Assembly (NCBI GenBank): GCA_963717005.1
Contig: OY970324.1
Span: forward strand, 4,426,573-4,490,572
DNA length: 64,000 nucleotides
Source of the DNA: an uncultured delta proteobacterium
GTDB lineage: Bacteria > Desulfobacterota > Binatia > Binatales > Binataceae
Direction: 5' to 3'
The number at the start of each line of letters is the position of its first letter. Positions within the stretch are counted from its first letter, which is position 1. This document shows, piece by piece, positions 29,627-39,318 of this stretch. The position numbers were made by a program, and so were the translations under genes. The notes beneath the pieces were generated by a model that was not told the DNA's origin, did no database searches, and worked only from the letters and a program-made list of their open reading frames with translations.

Positions 29627-30502
29627 GTGAGGCTGCATCTGGTTGACGGGACTTACGAGCTCTATCGGGCGCATTATGCGCCGCGGCCGGGCCATCGCGA
29701 GCCTTCGGGCAGGGATGCGAAGGCCACCGTCGGTATCGTCGAGTCGATACTCGCGCTGCTGCATGACGGGGACGAGGCCGTTAGCCATATCGCGGTGGCG
29801 TTCGACAATCCGATCCGTTCGTTTCGCAACGATCTGTTTCCGCTGTACAAAAGTGACGAGGGCGTTCCACCCGAGTTGCGCTCGCAGTTCGACGCCGCCG
29901 AAGATGCGGTCCGCGCGATTGGCGTGACCGTATGGCCGATGCGTGAGTACGAGGCCGACGACGGACTCGCGAGCGGGGCGCGCCGCTTTCGCGATCAGGT
30001 CGAGCAGGTGCGGATTCTCACGCCGGACAAGGATCTCGGCCAGTGCTTGATGGGCGACCGGGTGGTGCAGGTCGATCGGCGTCAGAAAAAAGTCACGAAT
30101 GAGGCCGCGTTTCGCACCGCGCGCGGCTTCGGGCCCGAAAGCATGGCGGACTTCCTCGCACTGGCGGGCGACAGCGCCGATGGCTTTCCGGGGTTGCCTG
30201 GATTCGGTAAGAAGACGGCGGCGATGCTGCTCGGCGTGTACCAACGAATCGAACAGATTCCGGCGGACTCCGCGGATTGGAAGGTCAAGCCGCGCGGCGC
30301 GGAAAAGCTCGCGGTGACGTTGGTGGAGCATCGCGCCGACGCCCTCCTCTACCGCCAGCTGGCGACGCTGGTGGACACGGTGCCGCTCAGCGACTCGCTC
30401 GACGACCTGAAATTCAACGGTGTGCCACGCGCGCGCTTCCAGCGATGGTGCGATGAGCTCGGGGTACAGCGGCTGAAGACCGTGCCGCGCCGATCGCAAT
30501 GA
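29627..30502 (+). CDS. Stand-alone 5'-3' exonuclease / flap endonuclease (PolI N-terminal-like)
   Basis: LVDGT...YRAHY, VAFD, FRNDLFPLYK, YEADD, PDKDLGQ, LAGDSADGFPGLPGFGKKTA. Confidence 0.93.
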   Translation: MRLHLVDGTYELYRAHYAPRPGHREPSGRDAKATVGIVESILALLHDGDEAVSHIAVAFDNPIRSFRNDLFPLYKSDEGVPPELRSQFDAAEDAVRAIGVTVWPMREYEADDGLASGARRFRDQVEQVRILTPDKDLGQCLMGDRVVQVDRRQKKVTNEAAFRTARGFGPESMADFLALAGDSADGFPGLPGFGKKTAAMLLGVYQRIEQIPADSADWKVKPRGAEKLAVTLVEHRADALLYRQLATLVDTVPLSDSLDDLKFNGVPRARFQRWCDELGVQRLKTVPRRSQ

Positions 30503-30547
30503 TCGCATGCGTAACCAAGGCGACGGCGCGACGGTTATACAATCATA

Positions 30548-32368
30548 ATGATGCCGCCGATGTTCGATCCACTGAAAGCGCGGGATGACTGGAAGTTCTT
30601 CGGCGTCATGCTGAAGGCGGATCGCCCGCTCGCGATCGCGTGGTGGGCCGCACTCGGACTGCGCGGAATGCTGCCCGCGCTGTTCGCGATTGCGATGGGC
30701 GCGTTGGTCGGCAGTGTTCAGCGCGGCAGTTCGCTCGCGGCGCCGCTGCTCGCAGTCGGCACGGTGTTCGTGCTGCTGCAGGTAACGCCGCCGTTCCATC
30801 ATGCGGTCGGCTCGAACCTCGGCAGCCGGGTCGCCGCGTGGCTCTACGATCAGCTGACCACCGCCTGCGTCACGCCGCCCGGCATGGGTCATCTCGAGGA
30901 CCCGCGCCTTACGACCGATCTTGCGATGGCGCGCGACTTCGATCTCGGAATCAGCGGACCGCCGATGAGCATCTCGATGGACTTCATTGCGTCGGGGCTG
31001 GTCGAGATGGTCGGGGGACTTCTATCGGCCGCGGTGCTGGCGGCGTACGCATGGTGGGCGCCGATACTGCTCGCGGGCGCATGGCTCGCGACGCATTGGC
31101 TGCTGCGCGAAAGCGGAGTGTGGCGCGATCGCAATACGGACGAGGTGCGGGAGGCGCAGCGCCACGCCGACTATGCTTATCGGCTCGCCGTCGATCCGCC
31201 GGCGGCCAAGGAACTGCGGCTGTTCGGGCTCGCGTCGTGGACAATCGATCGCTTCACCTCGCGGCGGCGGCGCCTGTTCGATTTGCGCTGGGAGGCGACG
31301 CGGCTGCGCGAGCGGCCGGTGCTGTGGAGCGTGATGTTATTGCTGTTCGCCAACCTTATCGTGTTCTGGGCGCTGGCGGCAGACGCCGCCGCCGGCCGCA
31401 TCGCGGTAGGTCACGTCGTGACGTTCGCGAGTGCGGCAGTCAGCACGAGCATGATCGCATTCGGCGGATTGTCGTGGGCGCTCGACGGCGCCGCCGCACC
31501 GGCCGGCGCTGTACTCCGACTGCGAGAAGCGATGCGTCCGGCCGGGAATCTCGTGCGCGGAGAACGCGCGGCGGACAAGATGCCGGCGCGCGAGATTCGA
31601 TTTCGCAACGTCAGCTTCGCCTATCCCGCGGGCGGAGAATGCGTGCTGAACGGCTTCGATTTGACGATCCCCGCCGGCACCTCGCTCGCGATCGTCGGCC
31701 AGAATGGAGCGGGCAAGACCACGCTCGCGAAGCTGCTGTGCCGGCTTTACGATCCGGATGAAGGCGCGATCGAGATCGACGGCGTCGATCTGCGCGAGAT
31801 CGACATCGACTCATGGCGCGAGCGGGTGACCGCGGTATTCCAGGACTTCACCCGGTTCGAGCTGCCGCTGCGCGACAACGTATCGCCCGCGGGCGCGCCC
31901 GACGAGGCGATCGCGCAGGCGTTGATGCAAGCGGGCGCGGCGAATCTGGCGTCGCTCGATACGATACTCGCGCGCGGATACCAGGGCGGCACCGATCTCT
32001 CCGGCGGGCAGTGGCAGCGGATCGCGCTCGCGCGCGCGCTGTGCGCGGTCAAACTCGGCGCGGGCGTCGTCCTGCTCGACGAGCCGACCGCGCAACTCGA
32101 CGTGCGCGGCGAGAGCGAGATTTTCGATCGCATTCTAACCGCGACGCATCACGCCACGACCATTCTGATATCCCATCGATTCTCCACCGTGCGTCATGCC
32201 GATCGCATCTGCGTGCTCGAACACGGACGCGTAGTCGAACTCGGCACCCATGACGAACTGATGGCAGCCGGCGGACGCTACCACACGATGTTCGAGTTGC
32301 AGGCGTCGCGCTTCGGCGAAGCCGCAGCCGGCGCCGAAGAAGGAGTTGCGCTCGATGAGCCCGCATGA
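30548..32368 (+). CDS. ABC exporter (fused TMD-NBD), subunit 1
   Basis: GQNGAGKT, LSGGQWQR, LLDEPT, ISHRFS. Confidence 0.93.
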   Translation: MMPPMFDPLKARDDWKFFGVMLKADRPLAIAWWAALGLRGMLPALFAIAMGALVGSVQRGSSLAAPLLAVGTVFVLLQVTPPFHHAVGSNLGSRVAAWLYDQLTTACVTPPGMGHLEDPRLTTDLAMARDFDLGISGPPMSISMDFIASGLVEMVGGLLSAAVLAAYAWWAPILLAGAWLATHWLLRESGVWRDRNTDEVREAQRHADYAYRLAVDPPAAKELRLFGLASWTIDRFTSRRRRLFDLRWEATRLRERPVLWSVMLLLFANLIVFWALAADAAAGRIAVGHVVTFASAAVSTSMIAFGGLSWALDGAAAPAGAVLRLREAMRPAGNLVRGERAADKMPAREIRFRNVSFAYPAGGECVLNGFDLTIPAGTSLAIVGQNGAGKTTLAKLLCRLYDPDEGAIEIDGVDLREIDIDSWRERVTAVFQDFTRFELPLRDNVSPAGAPDEAIAQALMQAGAANLASLDTILARGYQGGTDLSGGQWQRIALARALCAVKLGAGVVLLDEPTAQLDVRGESEIFDRILTATHHATTILISHRFSTVRHADRICVLEHGRVVELGTHDELMAAGGRYHTMFELQASRFGEAAAGAEEGVALDEPA

Positions 32369-34169
32369 CGATGTGCCGGCCGCGATTCCCGCGATGTGGC
32401 GCGCGCTCAAGCGCGGCTATCAGGCGGAGCCGCGCCTGCTGACGGTAGCCGCCGGCCTGTCATTGCTTGCGGCGTTGCCCGACGCGCTGCTGGCGCTGTG
32501 GCTGATGCTGCTGGCCAACGGAGTGACCGGACACGATCGCTTCGAGGTGATCGCGGCGGCTATGGGTCTCGGCGTCTCGGCCGTCGGCACCTGGTTCCTG
32601 CGCGTGACCAGCGACCGCGTTCAGCGCCGCTTCCGCGACCGCCTGACGATTGCGCTCGAGTCTCACGTTGCACGGCTGCAAGCCACGGTCGCGACCATCG
32701 AGCATCACGAACGCCCCGAGTACCTCGACCGCCTCGCCGTGCTGCGCGACCAGGTCTTCGTGCTCGACCACATGTACATGTCGATGTTCTCGACCTGCGG
32801 ATGGATCCTGCGCCTCGGCGTGACCGTTGTGCTGCTGATGTCGATAAGCCCGATCCTTGCGCTGCTCGCGGCCTTCGCGCTGCCGACGGTGCTGACTTCG
32901 ACCTGGCGGCCCGGTATCGAGCGCGCCGCGGAAGAGAGTGGCGCATCGGCGAATCGTTTGGCGCGGCATTTGTTCACCGTCGCGACGGCTGCGCCACCCG
33001 GAAAAGAAGTGCGCGTCATGCGGATCGGAAATCGCCTGGTGAAATTGCGGCGCGAAGCGTGGGAGCGCTGGTATGGACCCGTGGCAAGTGCGCGTTGGGG
33101 CAGTGCGGCGTGGCATACGGTCGCGTGGCTGATTTTCGGCGCGGGTTATATCGGCGCGATCGTGTACGTCACCGTCGGGCTCCACGCAACCTCGGGTCAG
33201 GTGCTGCTGGTGCTCGCCGCCGGATCGCGCCTGTCGGCGTATATCGGCGCGACGGTCGGCGAGATTGGATTCCTGCGCGGCGTCTGGCTCGACGGTTCGC
33301 GCCGGCTGGCATGGCTCGAAGACTATGCCGCCGCGTTGACCGAGGATGCCGACACGCCGGCCCCCGACCGCCTCGCCGACGGCATCCGGCTCGAACATGT
33401 TTCGTTCGCGTATCCGGGGACGACGCGCCAGGTGCTCGACGACGTGAGCCTCGATCTGAAACAAGGATCGGTGATTGCAATCGTCGGCGAGAACGGCGCC
33501 GGCAAGAGTACGCTGGTCAAGCTGCTGGCGCGGCTCTATCAGCCCGACCGCGGACGCATCCTTATAGATGGAGTGGACCTGGCGCGGATTCCCGCCGACG
33601 ATTGGCGCGAGCACCTCGCGGGCGCGTTTCAGGATTTTTTCCGCTTCGAGTTTCGCGCGCGTCACACGGTGGGCCTCGGCGACGTCCCGCGGCTCGATGA
33701 TGAGCCCGCCGTCGTTGCCGCCGTCGATCGCGCCGGCGCCGAAGACGTGGTGGCGAAGCTGAATGCCGGCCTCGACACGCAGCTCGGCCCGACCTGGCCG
33801 AGCGGGGTCGAAGTGAGCTTTGGCCAGTGGCAGAAGCTGGCGCTGGCGCGCGGCTTCATGCGCGATCACCCTCTCCTGCTGGTGCTCGACGAGCCCACCG
33901 CGGCGCTTGACGCCGAGACTGAGCACGCTTTGTTCGAGCGCTACGCCGCTGCCGCCCGGAGTGAGCGGCGCGACGGCACCTCCGGCAACGGACGCCAGGG
34001 GCAAATCACGATTCTGATTTCGCATCGGTTCAGCACGGTACGAATGGCCGATCAGATAGTCGTGCTCGACGGCGCGCGCGTCGCCGAGGTTGGCACTCAC
34101 GAGGCGCTGATGGCGAAGGGCGGACAGTACGCCGAGCTCTACGGTATCCAGGCCGCCGCGTATCGATAA
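32355..34169 (+). CDS. ABC exporter (fused TMD-NBD), subunit 2
   Basis: GENGAGKS, degenerate signature VSFGQWQ, VLDEPT, ISHRFS; overlaps subunit 1. Confidence 0.93.
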   Translation: MSPHDDVPAAIPAMWRALKRGYQAEPRLLTVAAGLSLLAALPDALLALWLMLLANGVTGHDRFEVIAAAMGLGVSAVGTWFLRVTSDRVQRRFRDRLTIALESHVARLQATVATIEHHERPEYLDRLAVLRDQVFVLDHMYMSMFSTCGWILRLGVTVVLLMSISPILALLAAFALPTVLTSTWRPGIERAAEESGASANRLARHLFTVATAAPPGKEVRVMRIGNRLVKLRREAWERWYGPVASARWGSAAWHTVAWLIFGAGYIGAIVYVTVGLHATSGQVLLVLAAGSRLSAYIGATVGEIGFLRGVWLDGSRRLAWLEDYAAALTEDADTPAPDRLADGIRLEHVSFAYPGTTRQVLDDVSLDLKQGSVIAIVGENGAGKSTLVKLLARLYQPDRGRILIDGVDLARIPADDWREHLAGAFQDFFRFEFRARHTVGLGDVPRLDDEPAVVAAVDRAGAEDVVAKLNAGLDTQLGPTWPSGVEVSFGQWQKLALARGFMRDHPLLLVLDEPTAALDAETEHALFERYAAAARSERRDGTSGNGRQGQITILISHRFSTVRMADQIVVLDGARVAEVGTHEALMAKGGQYAELYGIQAAAYR

Positions 34170-34210
34170 CGCCGCTACATCGCGGACGCGCGGTGTGCGA
34201 AGATGCGTGC

Positions 34211-34825
34211 GTGAGCGCGAAAATCGTCAGACTCACTGATTCGCAAATCTCCGCGGCCGCGGCCACGCTCGCGCGCGCCTTCCACGACGATCCGCTGATG
34301 ACCTACGCGATTCCCGACGCCGCCGAGCGCGTGCGCCTGCTGCCCGACATGTACGCGAGGATGATCCGCTTCGGAACGCTCGCGGGCGAAGTCTATGTGA
34401 CCGCGGGCGTGCTCAAAGGCGTCGCGCTCTGGCTCCCGCCGCACGCGAAATGGACGCGCGAGAATATCCAAGCGTCGGGGATGCACGAAACTCCGAATCT
34501 GATTGGCAACGACGCTTATCAGCGCTATCGCGAAGTCGTCGGTCGCGAATGGCAGGCGCGCGAGCGCGACCTGCCGAGCGCATGCTGGTACCTGTTTCTG
34601 CTCGGCGTCGAGCCCGACAGTCAGCGGCGCGGACTCGGCGGCGCGTTGATGCGTCCGGTGCTCGCGCGCGCCGACGACGAGCACGCCGCGTGCTATCTCG
34701 AGACCGAGAACCAGCGCAACGTCGCGTTCTATCTCAAGCAGGGCTTCGACCTGATCGTGAACGGCGAAGAAGCCGGCGCCAGCGGCGTCCGCTTCTGGAC
34801 CTTCCGCCGCCTGCCCACCCGCTGA
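34211..34825 (+). CDS. GNAT family N-acetyltransferase
   Basis: LARAFHDDP, WYLFLLGVEP.SQRRGLGGAL, YLET...NVAFY.KQGF. Confidence 0.9.
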   Translation: MSAKIVRLTDSQISAAAATLARAFHDDPLMTYAIPDAAERVRLLPDMYARMIRFGTLAGEVYVTAGVLKGVALWLPPHAKWTRENIQASGMHETPNLIGNDAYQRYREVVGREWQARERDLPSACWYLFLLGVEPDSQRRGLGGALMRPVLARADDEHAACYLETENQRNVAFYLKQGFDLIVNGEEAGASGVRFWTFRRLPTR

Positions 34826-34833
34826 ACGCGAAA

Positions 34834-35532
34834 TCAGGTATGCGCCGGGCGGCGCGATTCCATTCGCTCGATAACCTTGTTCAACCAGCGACGATAGCGC
34901 CTGGTGCTGTCGGCGCCTGAACCAAGTCCTATCGCTCGTCGCACGCTCGGCCCGAACAAACTATCCCCGAGCACGAGAATAAAGAGATGAGTAGCGGCGA
35001 ACAGCGTCTCATCCAGCGCAGGCGACCGGCGTCCTTCTTTCTGCGCTCGGCGAACCCGGCCGGCATGCATCCTCTCGGCCGCCGGCTTGAACACGCCGGG
35101 CGTCATGGTCCGGTTGCCCTGGCCGGAAAGAATCAGCCACGCCAGCATGCGCGCGATTCCGCGGCGCGACGCGACTTCGTAAAAGCGATCGAGCACGCCT
35201 TCGATGTCGGGTTCTTTCGCACTCGGCCATCCCTCGAGGAATTGCGCCTGAAGATTCGCGATGCCGCGCAGGACCATCGCCTCGACCAAACCTTCGCGGC
35301 TGCCGAAGTGATGGAGGATCGCGGGATGCGAGATGCCGGCGTCGGCGGCGATTTCCTGAAGCCGAATCGCGTCGGGTCCTCCGGCAAGCAGACGGCGCTC
35401 GGCTGCCTCGAGGATCGCGCTCCGAGTCTCCGCGGCGCTGCGGCGCCGTCGTGGCGCGCCCCGGTCCCGCGCCGGTGCCGTCGCAGAATGGCTCCTGAAG
35501 CTAACGCCCGGCGGTCGCGGTCCTGCTCGCAT
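34834..35532 (-). CDS. TetR/AcrR family regulator
   Basis: ILEAAERRL..GG.....LQEIAADAGISHPAILHHFGSREGL; start uncertain. Confidence 0.9.
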   Translation of the reverse strand: MRAGPRPPGVSFRSHSATAPARDRGAPRRRRSAAETRSAILEAAERRLLAGGPDAIRLQEIAADAGISHPAILHHFGSREGLVEAMVLRGIANLQAQFLEGWPSAKEPDIEGVLDRFYEVASRRGIARMLAWLILSGQGNRTMTPGVFKPAAERMHAGRVRRAQKEGRRSPALDETLFAATHLFILVLGDSLFGPSVRRAIGLGSGADSTRRYRRWLNKVIERMESRRPAHT

Positions 35533-36319
35533 CCGTGTTCATCCGCGAAGCACTCGCCCCAACTGCGACTTCTGCCGACTCGCCACGATGCTCGCGATAG
35601 GTCCGAAGAGTCCATTGGAACGCCGGATGCGTCGAGACCGACTCCCTGATTTTCGCAAACGGCTCGGGTAGCGGAGCCGCGGCTTGGTACGGAAACTCCG
35701 GCGGTCTGACCAGCGGCGAAAGCAGCGCGGCCGCCGTAAGATCGGCGACTGTGAAACGATCGCCCACCAGATAACCCGATGGTTGCAACTCATGCTCGAG
35801 CCGATCCATCGCGGCCATCGTCTTGCCGCGCGCAATCTCGGCCGTGGCGGGACTGATATCCATCTGACGGCGCATGACGATACCAATGAGGGGAGACATC
35901 GCACGCTGCGCCAGTTGCGCGGCGGTGCTCGCGTGGGATACGAAGACCGCGCGCACAAATTGCGGGTACGGCAGAATCACGTGAAAAATCCAGCGCCGTA
36001 TGTAGGGGCCGAGCTCGTCGTCGAAGAAGTCTTCGAGTTCGAGCGCGCGCCGGCGCTCATCGGGTTCGGCCGGATAAAGCGCGGGCTCGAGATACGCGCG
36101 CTCGAGCGCGTCGATGATCTTGCTCGAATCGGAGATCGCCGTGCCATTCAGCTTCAGCACCGGGACATGCGTCTTGCCCGTCATCCGCTTGACGACCGGC
36201 ACGTGAAACCCCGGAATCAGCGAGTGGCGGATATGCGGTACATGCTTGAAGTCCAACGCCCAGCGGGCTTTCTCATTGAAGTGAGAACCGGTGAACTGCC
36301 ACAACTCGGGAGTATCCAT
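35501..36319 (-). CDS. Glutathione S-transferase family protein
   Basis: SHFNEKARWALDFK, VPVL, ISDSSKII, YLVGDRFTVADL. Confidence 0.92.
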   Translation of the reverse strand: MDTPELWQFTGSHFNEKARWALDFKHVPHIRHSLIPGFHVPVVKRMTGKTHVPVLKLNGTAISDSSKIIDALERAYLEPALYPAEPDERRRALELEDFFDDELGPYIRRWIFHVILPYPQFVRAVFVSHASTAAQLAQRAMSPLIGIVMRRQMDISPATAEIARGKTMAAMDRLEHELQPSGYLVGDRFTVADLTAAALLSPLVRPPEFPYQAAAPLPEPFAKIRESVSTHPAFQWTLRTYREHRGESAEVAVGASASRMNTDASRTATAGR

Positions 36320-36357
36320 GGGGGACGACCTCCTTTGCGACTATTGCGCGGCGATTA

Positions 36358-36395
36358 CTTACAATTTTGTAAGCTACTTCCTGTCAGGCTGTCAA
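36358..36395 (-). promoter_or_regulatory. Promoter with overlapping palindromic operator (likely TetR site)
   Basis: Palindrome CTTACAA-TT-TTGTAAG (36358-36373) overlaps the -10 of a minus-strand TTGACA promoter. Confidence 0.65.
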
Positions 36396-36749
36396 GGCTC
36401 TTTCGTAAAACAGATCGCAAGCGCACTCGTTCAGTCTGGACCAAGGAGATTGGGGATGAACTTTACCGCCTGACCACGGCCGACTTTCCGTGTTATTTGT
36501 AAGGTATGCGTCAAGTTGCTCCATTCTCGCCAAACCGCAAGACCGGCACCGTTGCACCCCTCCTCGCAATCCGGTCTCCCTTCCCAGCACGGGCCCGAAA
36601 AACCGAGTTTGGGGTCCGGTTCCTGAAAACAGTTTCTGACGGAACGAAGCTACCGATGGTGGTGAACCGTCTTGTAACCACTACCCATTGTATGAGAACT
36701 CATGCCCATAGCCAGCCGCAAGCGCCAGAAAGCTCGAGGGAGCACTGCG

Positions 36750-37796
36750 ATGGCGAATGAAAACGGCCTCGGCGTAGTCGAACTAAAAAGTTTCGCGACC
36801 AGAAATTTCCGCCTCGAGCGCGGCGAGGTGCTGCCCGAACTCATCCTCACGTATGAGACGTATGGAACTCTCGCGTCGAGTGGACGCAACGCGATCCTGG
36901 TTGCACATGGCTACACCTCGAGCCAGCACGCGGCGGGTCTCGATGCGAATGGCGAAGCCGGATGGTGGGACGGGCTGATCGGGCCCGGCAAGGCGATCGA
37001 CACCGGCAGGTATTTCGTCGTGTCATCGAACATGCTCGGCTCTTCATACGGTTCCACCGCGCCTGCGAGTATAAATCCCAAAACCGGCAAGCCGTACGGT
37101 CCGGATTTCCCGGACTACAGCCTGGTCGATATCGTTACCGCGCAGCGCGCGCTGCTCGACGCGCTCGGCGTCAAGCATCTGGTCGCGGTCGCGGGCTTGT
37201 CGTTCGGCGGCTACCAGGCGTTTCAATGGGGCGTCTCGTTTCCCGACGCGATGTGCGCAATCGTCCCGGTGGTCACGGCGCCCAACGCCGCCGACGGTGC
37301 GCGAATGGTGGCCGACTTGCGCGCGCGATTTGCCGAAGCGCCCGGATGGAACGGCGGCCATCACTACGGCAACGCGGAGATGCTCGGCTTCATGACGGAG
37401 TTGCGCGTCGCGACGCTCAAGCGCTACGGCATCGAGGCTGAACTCGCTCCGAGGTTTCCCGATCCGGCAAAGCGCGAAGCGGCCATCAATCAGCTCGCGG
37501 AACCGTGGGCGAAGGCCTTCGATCCCAATTCGATGATTGCGCTGGCGCAGGCGCGTTCGCATTACAACGCCGAGAAGGATTTCGCGAAGATTCGGGCGAA
37601 AGTCCTTTACGTGCTCTCGCGCACCGACCAGCTGTTCCCGCCGGCCATCGCGCCCACCGTGATGGCGAAACTGAAAGCCGCGGGCGTCGATGCCCGCTAC
37701 TATGAGATCGACAGCGACAAGGGCCATCTCGCGAGCGGCGCCGATTGGCAGAAGTGGGATCGCGTATTGCGCGACTTTCTCAAAGGTCTCGAGTGA
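36750..37796 (+). CDS. MetX/homoserine O-acetyltransferase-like alpha/beta hydrolase
   Basis: YETYGTL, GWWDGLIGPGKAIDT, NMLGS.YGST.P, GLSFGGYQA, KGH; has HGYTS in place of HAL[ST]G. Confidence 0.85.
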   Translation: MANENGLGVVELKSFATRNFRLERGEVLPELILTYETYGTLASSGRNAILVAHGYTSSQHAAGLDANGEAGWWDGLIGPGKAIDTGRYFVVSSNMLGSSYGSTAPASINPKTGKPYGPDFPDYSLVDIVTAQRALLDALGVKHLVAVAGLSFGGYQAFQWGVSFPDAMCAIVPVVTAPNAADGARMVADLRARFAEAPGWNGGHHYGNAEMLGFMTELRVATLKRYGIEAELAPRFPDPAKREAAINQLAEPWAKAFDPNSMIALAQARSHYNAEKDFAKIRAKVLYVLSRTDQLFPPAIAPTVMAKLKAAGVDARYYEIDSDKGHLASGADWQKWDRVLRDFLKGLE

Positions 37797-38803
37797 CTAA
37801 TTCTACTGACCGTCTCCCGATCATCGATATCGGATCGCTGCGCAGCGACTCTCGCGATCTCGCTCGCGTTGGTGCGGCACTCGATCGAGCGTGCGGCGAG
37901 TTTGGGTTTTTCTATATCACCGGTCATGGAATCGATCCCGCGTTGTCGACGCGGATGATTGCGCTGGCGCGCGACTTCTTCGCTTCGCCGCTGGAACAGA
38001 AGATGGCGATCGCGATGGAGCATGGCGGACGCGCGTGGCGCGGCTACTTCCCCGTGGACGGTGAGTTGACCTCCGGCCGGCCCGATCGCAAGGAAGGAAT
38101 TTACTTCGGCACCGAGTTGGGACCGGACGACCCGCGCGTTCGCGCCGGCGTGCCGTTGCACGGCGCGAACCTCTTCCCTCCGCTGCCCGGATTCCGCGAC
38201 ACGCTGCTCGCCTATATAGATGAGGTCGCTGCGCTCGGCCAACTATTGTTGAAAGGCATCGCCGGCGGTCTCGGCCTTTCGCAGGACTACTTCCTCGAGC
38301 GCTATACCCGCGACCCTACGGTGCTCTTCCGCATCTTCAACTATCCGCCCGCAACGGCCGGCGCGGATGAAAACGAACTTGGCGTCGGCGAGCACACCGA
38401 CTACGGACTGCTGACCCTGCTGCGGCAGGACGAAGTCGCGGGCCTTCAAATCTGGCACTACGATCGATGGCTGCCAGCGCCGCCGGTGCCCGATTCGTTT
38501 GTGTGCAATGTCGGCGATATGCTCGAACGGTTGACCAACGGACGATACGTGTCGGCGCTCCATCGCGTGCGCAACGTCTCGACGCGGGATCGTATCTCGA
38601 TGCCGCTGTTCCTCGATCCGGGCTTTGACGCGGTGCTGGAGCCAATCAAAATTCTTACGCCCGATCCCACAGCCGGCAATCGGCGCCGCAACCGCCGCCG
38701 CTGGGATGGCGCCGACCTTGCCACCGTCAGCGGAAATTACGGCGATTACCTGCTCGCCAAAGTGTCGAAAGTGTTCCCACAGTTGCGAGCGGAAGTGCTC
38801 TAA
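37793..38803 (+). CDS. IPNS-family 2OG-Fe(II) oxygenase
   Basis: LPIIDI, GFFYITGHG, HTDYG, NVGDML..TNG.Y.S..HRV, RIS; GTGA overlap. Confidence 0.93.
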   Translation: MTNSTDRLPIIDIGSLRSDSRDLARVGAALDRACGEFGFFYITGHGIDPALSTRMIALARDFFASPLEQKMAIAMEHGGRAWRGYFPVDGELTSGRPDRKEGIYFGTELGPDDPRVRAGVPLHGANLFPPLPGFRDTLLAYIDEVAALGQLLLKGIAGGLGLSQDYFLERYTRDPTVLFRIFNYPPATAGADENELGVGEHTDYGLLTLLRQDEVAGLQIWHYDRWLPAPPVPDSFVCNVGDMLERLTNGRYVSALHRVRNVSTRDRISMPLFLDPGFDAVLEPIKILTPDPTAGNRRRNRRRWDGADLATVSGNYGDYLLAKVSKVFPQLRAEVL

Positions 38804-38820
38804 GCAGAAAAGGCCGAGCC

Positions 38821-39273
38821 TCAAAGCGCTGCGCACAGTTGGAGTACCAGCACCATGCTCATGGCCGCCAGACAGTAGAGATGGTCCCGATAGATCGCTC
38901 GGGCGAGTCGGGATTGCGCTTCCGATGAATCCGCGGCGCGTCCGAGCCGCATCGCGTTTGGAACGGTCCGCGCGCGAGCCAGCCCGATCGCGCTGGCGGC
39001 GGCAGCAAGCGAGATCCATGCGACCCACCAATGACCAGCGTGCTGTACAATTTCGATAACTATCGCCAACAAGGTAAGCAGCATCACGACCGCGATCAGC
39101 CGGTTCATCGGCCATGCTTCGATAGTGACGCGTCGGTAGTAGGCCGAGATCGAGGCCAACACCCCGCTCGGAATCTGATCGCCGGAGTGCTTTCGCGTCT
39201 GCACATCGAACATAAGATCGAACCACAATACAGCGATAAGAAATCCGGCCCCGGTCGCAGCCAATGTGTTCAT
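38821..39273 (-). CDS. Hypothetical 4-TM membrane protein
   Basis: GFLIAVLWFDLMFDVQ, hydrophobic helices. Confidence 0.75.
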   Translation of the reverse strand: MNTLAATGAGFLIAVLWFDLMFDVQTRKHSGDQIPSGVLASISAYYRRVTIEAWPMNRLIAVVMLLTLLAIVIEIVQHAGHWWVAWISLAAAASAIGLARARTVPNAMRLGRAADSSEAQSRLARAIYRDHLYCLAAMSMVLVLQLCAAL

Positions 39274-39318
39274 ATCTTGTCGCGCACCTATGCCGGGTTC
39301 ACAAATCTCCTTGAAATC

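Noticed and set aside
36480-36749. Possible SAM riboswitch upstream of the MetX-like gene
   Set aside because: No SAM-I or SAM-II core motif recognisable
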